A DNA stretch of 41,834 nt from Chrysochromulina tobinii. Its lineage: Eukaryota. The position numbers and the translations under genes are program-made. The stretch spans positions 1-41,834 of the forward strand of contig JWZX01003115.1 of NCBI GenBank assembly GCA_001275005.1, read 5' to 3'. This document shows, in pieces, positions 37,789 through 41,834 of this stretch. Under the pieces are notes generated by a model. The model did not search any database, was not told the DNA's origin, and saw nothing but the letters and a program-made list of their open reading frames with translations. Position 1 is the stretch's first letter; each line of letters opens with the position of its first letter.

Positions 37789-40008
37789 TCACGTCGTGTT
37801 GAAGCCGGCAAGGAACCCGTTCGACACCCACGGGAAGCCGATCGCGCCGTTGTGCACGCGCGGCTGGCGTAGCGGCGCGCGGAAGGGGTTGAGCTCAATC
37901 GGCACTGAGAGCTCGAGGCCGTGCGCTTGGGCACGGTGCACACCGCGCTCGATCGAGTACTCGGAGTAGTCCGTCAGGAAGAAGGGCGTGCGGCGCTGCT
38001 GCAGGTAGTCGAGTGATGGGGACCAAAGATACTCACGTGCGGCGAGGCCCGCGTTGAGCGCGATCGCAACGTCGGCCGGCGGCAGGTGGGGCGCGGCCTT
38101 ATGGTACCAGCCGCCACTGCCGCCATGGGCGCGCACCGTCACGCTCCCGCCGAGCCGTCCGTCGTACTTGACCGACTCGGGCAACGGCACATCGACCGGT
38201 CCGGCCATCTCGATGGTGATCGTCGTGCTGGGCATGAGCACCGCGAGCTCCTTGAAGAGAGGCAGCAGCCAGAGCTCCTTCTCCGGCCCAAGGTAGTGCA
38301 CGCTCAGTGGGCGTGCCGAGTCACGCATCCCAAGTTTCGTCAGCGCATGGTAGACGGTCAGTGGGAAGCTGAGCAACACGGCGAGCGGGGAGGCAGGCGA
38401 GAGGCTCCTCGAGGCATAATAGCTCGCCCAGTCAGTAGGGGGCGCCGTGAGCGTGGGCGCGCCGTCGAGGGCGTCCACGAGGTGGCGGTGCGGCGAGGGC
38501 GCGCTCGCGCAGCCGCAGAGTAGACGGTACGATTCCTCCTGGTGAACGCCAATCGCCTCGAGCACCTCGCAGTACGAGACCTCACACCGGTGATCCATCG
38601 AGGCACGCAGCCACGCAGGCTCTGTCGCGCCGAGGTGCACACGTACGTCGCGCTTCATGTAGCGTCCCATGTCGTCGCAAGTTGTCGAGGCTTGGTCATC
38701 GGCTGAAGTCCCCAAGTGCTTCAATGCATCTTGAGCCTGGCAAGCAGCTGAGCAGTAGCTGATGCATTCGCAGCGCCCGCAAACCATCGCGCTTGGGGTG
38801 GCCTTGCCGCACACGGCACAGCTGAGGAATCGCACTGTGCCCGCACCCTCGGCAGGGGAGACTAGCGGCGGAAGCGGCAATGGCGTGCTGCTGCCGGCGG
38901 TGGTGGCAGAGGGCGCTGTCTTGGACGCTGCCTCCGCGGAGGCGGCAGACGTCGGGCTGCTGCCACGGCTGCTGCGGCCGCGGCTGGTGGAGGAGCCCGT
39001 GTCACCCGTCGCGCCACCCATGCTGCCTGTGCCGCCCGTGCCGCCCGCGTCCTTCGCCCTCGCCTCACCTTCGCCCTCGCCTTCGCCTTCGCCTCGAGCC
39101 ACCGCCGCATCCTCCTCGAAGGCGCCTCGATGGAGCGCTTCAAAGACACGCGTCCGCACATCGTCCCAACGGCCGCGCGCTCGCACGGTCTCGTCGAGCA
39201 GCTCCGTCACCTCGAGCAGCGCGAGCTCGCGCGTGGTCCGCGGCGGCGCCCTCTGCTGCTTGCGCACCGCCTCCTCCTGGGCCCTCATCAGTGCACGCAC
39301 GTCAGGCACATGCGACAGCTGCGCCGCAGCGAGCACGTGCTCGAGAGGCGCGCCGAGAGTCCAAAAGGGGGGCTCGAGCGCCGCGAGCGCCATGTCGCGC
39401 CGCTCCTCGGGCCGCCGCACCCGCTCCAAGAGCTCCGCTTGCTGCCACAGGCAGCACGCCCATCCAGGGTTATTGGCAGTGCCTCGCTCCATGGCCACGA
39501 GTGCGGCGGTCTCGTCGCCGCGCTCGAGCTGGTAGCGCGCGAGCTGAGCCCACACGTCGGGAAACCCGGTGCCGGCCTTGAGCAGCAGGAATTGCGGCAG
39601 GCCCAGCTTGCTCTTGCCAAACTCGCCCGCCTCGTAAGCTTTGCCGCCCGCCTCAACGCAAGCGGCAGAGGCAGCCCGCACGAGCTCAGCGTCGCCACCA
39701 CTGGCGTCGGTCTCCACGGCCACGCGCCGCGCAAACTGAGCAATCGTACCCATCGGCTTCAAGGTGAGCGACGCAAGGTCCACGTCACGGTCGCTAGCTT
39801 GCGCGTGCGTCGACACCACCACCGCTGTACCCACTTTTCCAATCGGCCAGCGCAGCAGGCCGAGCACGCCACGCGACGCTTCCACAGAGCGTGCAAATGG
39901 TGCAACTAGCGGGTGCAGACCGCGCGTCGGCAGAGCGTCGGGCGTCGCATGCCCTTGCAGCTTGAGCATGGCTGCGAGTGCTGGGCGACTCGCCAAGATC
40001 CGACTCAT
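37789..40008 (-). CDS. PAB (chloroplast ATPase biogenesis)-like N-terminal domain, MYND zinc finger and MSS51-like C-terminal domain
   Basis: GLHPLVAP...LLRWP...FPDV...GDETAALV...PFWTLG resembles plant PAB from memory. CAVCGK...CGRCECISYCSAACQAQD is MYND. LSFPLT, VHYLGPEKEL, ALNAG, NPFR match the MSS51-type C-terminus. Start MSRILASR at 40008. Confidence 0.7.
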   Translation of the reverse strand: MSRILASRPALAAMLKLQGHATPDALPTRGLHPLVAPFARSVEASRGVLGLLRWPIGKVGTAVVVSTHAQASDRDVDLASLTLKPMGTIAQFARRVAVETDASGGDAELVRAASAACVEAGGKAYEAGEFGKSKLGLPQFLLLKAGTGFPDVWAQLARYQLERGDETAALVAMERGTANNPGWACCLWQQAELLERVRRPEERRDMALAALEPPFWTLGAPLEHVLAAAQLSHVPDVRALMRAQEEAVRKQQRAPPRTTRELALLEVTELLDETVRARGRWDDVRTRVFEALHRGAFEEDAAVARGEGEGEGEGEARAKDAGGTGGTGSMGGATGDTGSSTSRGRSSRGSSPTSAASAEAASKTAPSATTAGSSTPLPLPPLVSPAEGAGTVRFLSCAVCGKATPSAMVCGRCECISYCSAACQAQDALKHLGTSADDQASTTCDDMGRYMKRDVRVHLGATEPAWLRASMDHRCEVSYCEVLEAIGVHQEESYRLLCGCASAPSPHRHLVDALDGAPTLTAPPTDWASYYASRSLSPASPLAVLLSFPLTVYHALTKLGMRDSARPLSVHYLGPEKELWLLPLFKELAVLMPSTTITIEMAGPVDVPLPESVKYDGRLGGSVTVRAHGGSGGWYHKAAPHLPPADVAIALNAGLAAREYLWSPSLDYLQQRRTPFFLTDYSEYSIERGVHRAQAHGLELSVPIELNPFRAPLRQPRVHNGAIGFPWVSNGFLAGFNTT

Positions 40009-40388
40009 TGCGATGTGTGTGCCGCGCCGACGACGTCGGCTTTTGTCTGCCCTCGCGCGGGGAGGGCACGACCTTTTCAACAGTGAACGACTTGATGCCT
40101 TCTACCGAGAAACCGCAAGCTACGGCTCACAGACTTTTCACAGAAAGCTGGGAGAGCTCCTTCGGCTCAACTTTTTCTGCACTTTCATTCCCACAAGCCA
40201 ACAAACACGTTCAACGCAATCTCAAATACCGGGTACATTTTACGTGAAAGGCAGCACCTCGTACACTTTCACCGTCAGGTATCACTTTTATGAGGGGGTC
40301 ACGATTGCAATCAGTGCGTTTCCAGGGTTTCGTTGAGATTCGTCGCTGGCCCGGTTTTCCGTGCAGGTTTTCTGGTTTTTAGCATGAA

Positions 40389-41216
40389 ATGGAACACGCA
40401 CCCATCGTGGGCCCCGATTTCCAGCGAGCCGCACAGCGAATGGCGCCGCTCGTACGCAGTTTGCTCGTGGAGCATGCAGATCCTGCCAAGGTACCGGTCG
40501 ATTCCCTTCTCATTGCGCTCGGGCGGCGTGGCGATCACGCGGCGATCAGAGCCGCACGCAAGGAGTTTGATGTCCTTCATGTGCCAGCGGCACTATCATC
40601 TGCCTCGTGTGCATCGCTGCGCAGCGCCGTCGATTGCGAGCGGCGACTGCTCGCCGATAGCGTCGACCAGTGCCCGGAGCATCAGCGGAATCTCAACTCT
40701 GAGGAACTTGAGAAGCTCCTCGGCGCAGAAGCGTTTGGCAGGCTGATAAGCTTGCCGCATGTGTACGAGAAGCGGCGCGATGGCGCGGCACCCTCGTCCG
40801 TAGAAATGGATGAAATCGAAGACGCTGAAGCCCGCGCCACAGGCATCTTGACGCTGCGCGAGGCTTTCATCCGGCGATACAGCAGCGACACGCGGCCTTG
40901 GAATCCCTTCCATCAAGATGCGTACCGCACCACCGTCAACGTGGCCTTGTCCGCGGATGAGGCGCACGTGGGAGGCCGGCTCCTCGGGTGCTATGCTGGC
41001 AAGGTGCAGGTGATCGAACGAGCCGAGGGTGAAGCCACAGTGCACAGCTCGGAGCTCTTGCACGCTGTCAGCCGCATGACAAGCGGGGTGAGGTACTCTC
41101 TCATCTTATTCTTCGACCCGCGCCCCAGGGTCGTGCGCAAGGACGGGCTTGTTGAGGCCCGCTGGGCGAATCGGCGATGGGTTCCGCCATCTGGGAACGA
41201 GCGATGGTGGGAGTGA
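40389..41216 (+). CDS. 2-oxoglutarate/Fe(II)-dependent dioxygenase (PLOD/P4H-like)
   Basis: FIRRY...FHQD...TVNVAL...GG.L...LHAVSRMTSGVRYSLILFF. Confidence 0.85.
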   Translation: MEHAPIVGPDFQRAAQRMAPLVRSLLVEHADPAKVPVDSLLIALGRRGDHAAIRAARKEFDVLHVPAALSSASCASLRSAVDCERRLLADSVDQCPEHQRNLNSEELEKLLGAEAFGRLISLPHVYEKRRDGAAPSSVEMDEIEDAEARATGILTLREAFIRRYSSDTRPWNPFHQDAYRTTVNVALSADEAHVGGRLLGCYAGKVQVIERAEGEATVHSSELLHAVSRMTSGVRYSLILFFDPRPRVVRKDGLVEARWANRRWVPPSGNERWWE

Positions 41217-41740
41217 TCGCCGCGCTGAGCTTGCCATAGACTGAGAGGAGTGGACTCATAAGAAAACCTGAGAAGGTCAACGCGCAGCCACGCACGGAGC
41301 GAGAGCACACGGCATTCGGCGCACTCGCATGATTCACCGTGTTTTTATCCTCAGTAATTTTGGCTCCGGTTGCAGCCTGCACGTTGGTGCATCGCATACA
41401 CTAGCCGAGAGCTTGAAACTTGAGGTCAACGCAGCGGAGCGCAAAGCGGCGTAAGCGCGCAAAGAATCATGATACAGATACGCAACAGATACGCATGATG
41501 TGTACATGATATATTGACGAAGAGTATAGAGAGTTCAGCGCTCAAAATTGACACAATCGATCCAACCGCCATGACCCATGTGTGTGAGTCGTCACCAATA
41601 GGAAATGGATCACAGTGCAGAGGTGTAAGGGTCGAGCCGCAGCCTGATATGAACAGAGCGCTGGAACCAGAAACGCCGGAGCACGAAATCAATCAATGGT
41701 GAATGAATGCATGCCGCCCTGGCCAATTTTACTGCCATAA

Positions 41741-41834
41741 TCAGGTCCTCAGCATGCGCGTGCGCGAGCGGGAGAGCGCCTTCTTGCAAAATGGGCACTT
41801 GAGCTCGATGGCCACCAGCCCGCTCGTCGACTCC
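41741..41834 (-). CDS. 3' end of a gene running off the window; RING-like C-terminus paralogous to the 28267 gene
   Basis: Translates ESTSGLVAIELKCPFCKKALSRSRTRMLRT*; 84/88 nt identical to 28273-28360. Confidence 0.8.
   Translation of the reverse strand, partial: ESTSGLVAIELKCPFCKKALSRSRTRMLRT

Overview
GC-rich, gene-dense eukaryotic nuclear DNA with few introns. The gene set suggests a flagellated alga with a complex plastid, most likely a haptophyte (inference from a single-domain 6TM Na/Ca channel, a CFAP52-like WD40 protein and signal-peptide-first plastid leaders). About 19 complete protein genes and one partial gene are supported; no RNA genes or CRISPR arrays were seen. Top observation: two short phase-0 introns in unrelated genes (20080-20169, 25528-25625) share one design. 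Each starts with a copy of the following exon's first bases (7 nt and 25 nt, both starting GTGCGC), continues with a 10-nt tandem array with a TGATGAC core, and ends in a shared ATTRCCTCCCTCRTCAG acceptor. Splicing exactly restores the presumed pre-insertion sequence, which points to an intron-generating element with variable-length target duplications and no terminal inverted repeats. A third intron shows similar logic with a different repeat. Also notable: a docking domain + catalytically altered heme peroxidase + cytochrome b5 reductase-like fusion, a propeller-TM-C2H2-RING receptor-like chimera whose RING tail recurs in a second gene, and a non-RD receptor kinase with 14 loop-variable FG-GAP repeats. 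All calls are from reading motifs by eye; no searches were run.
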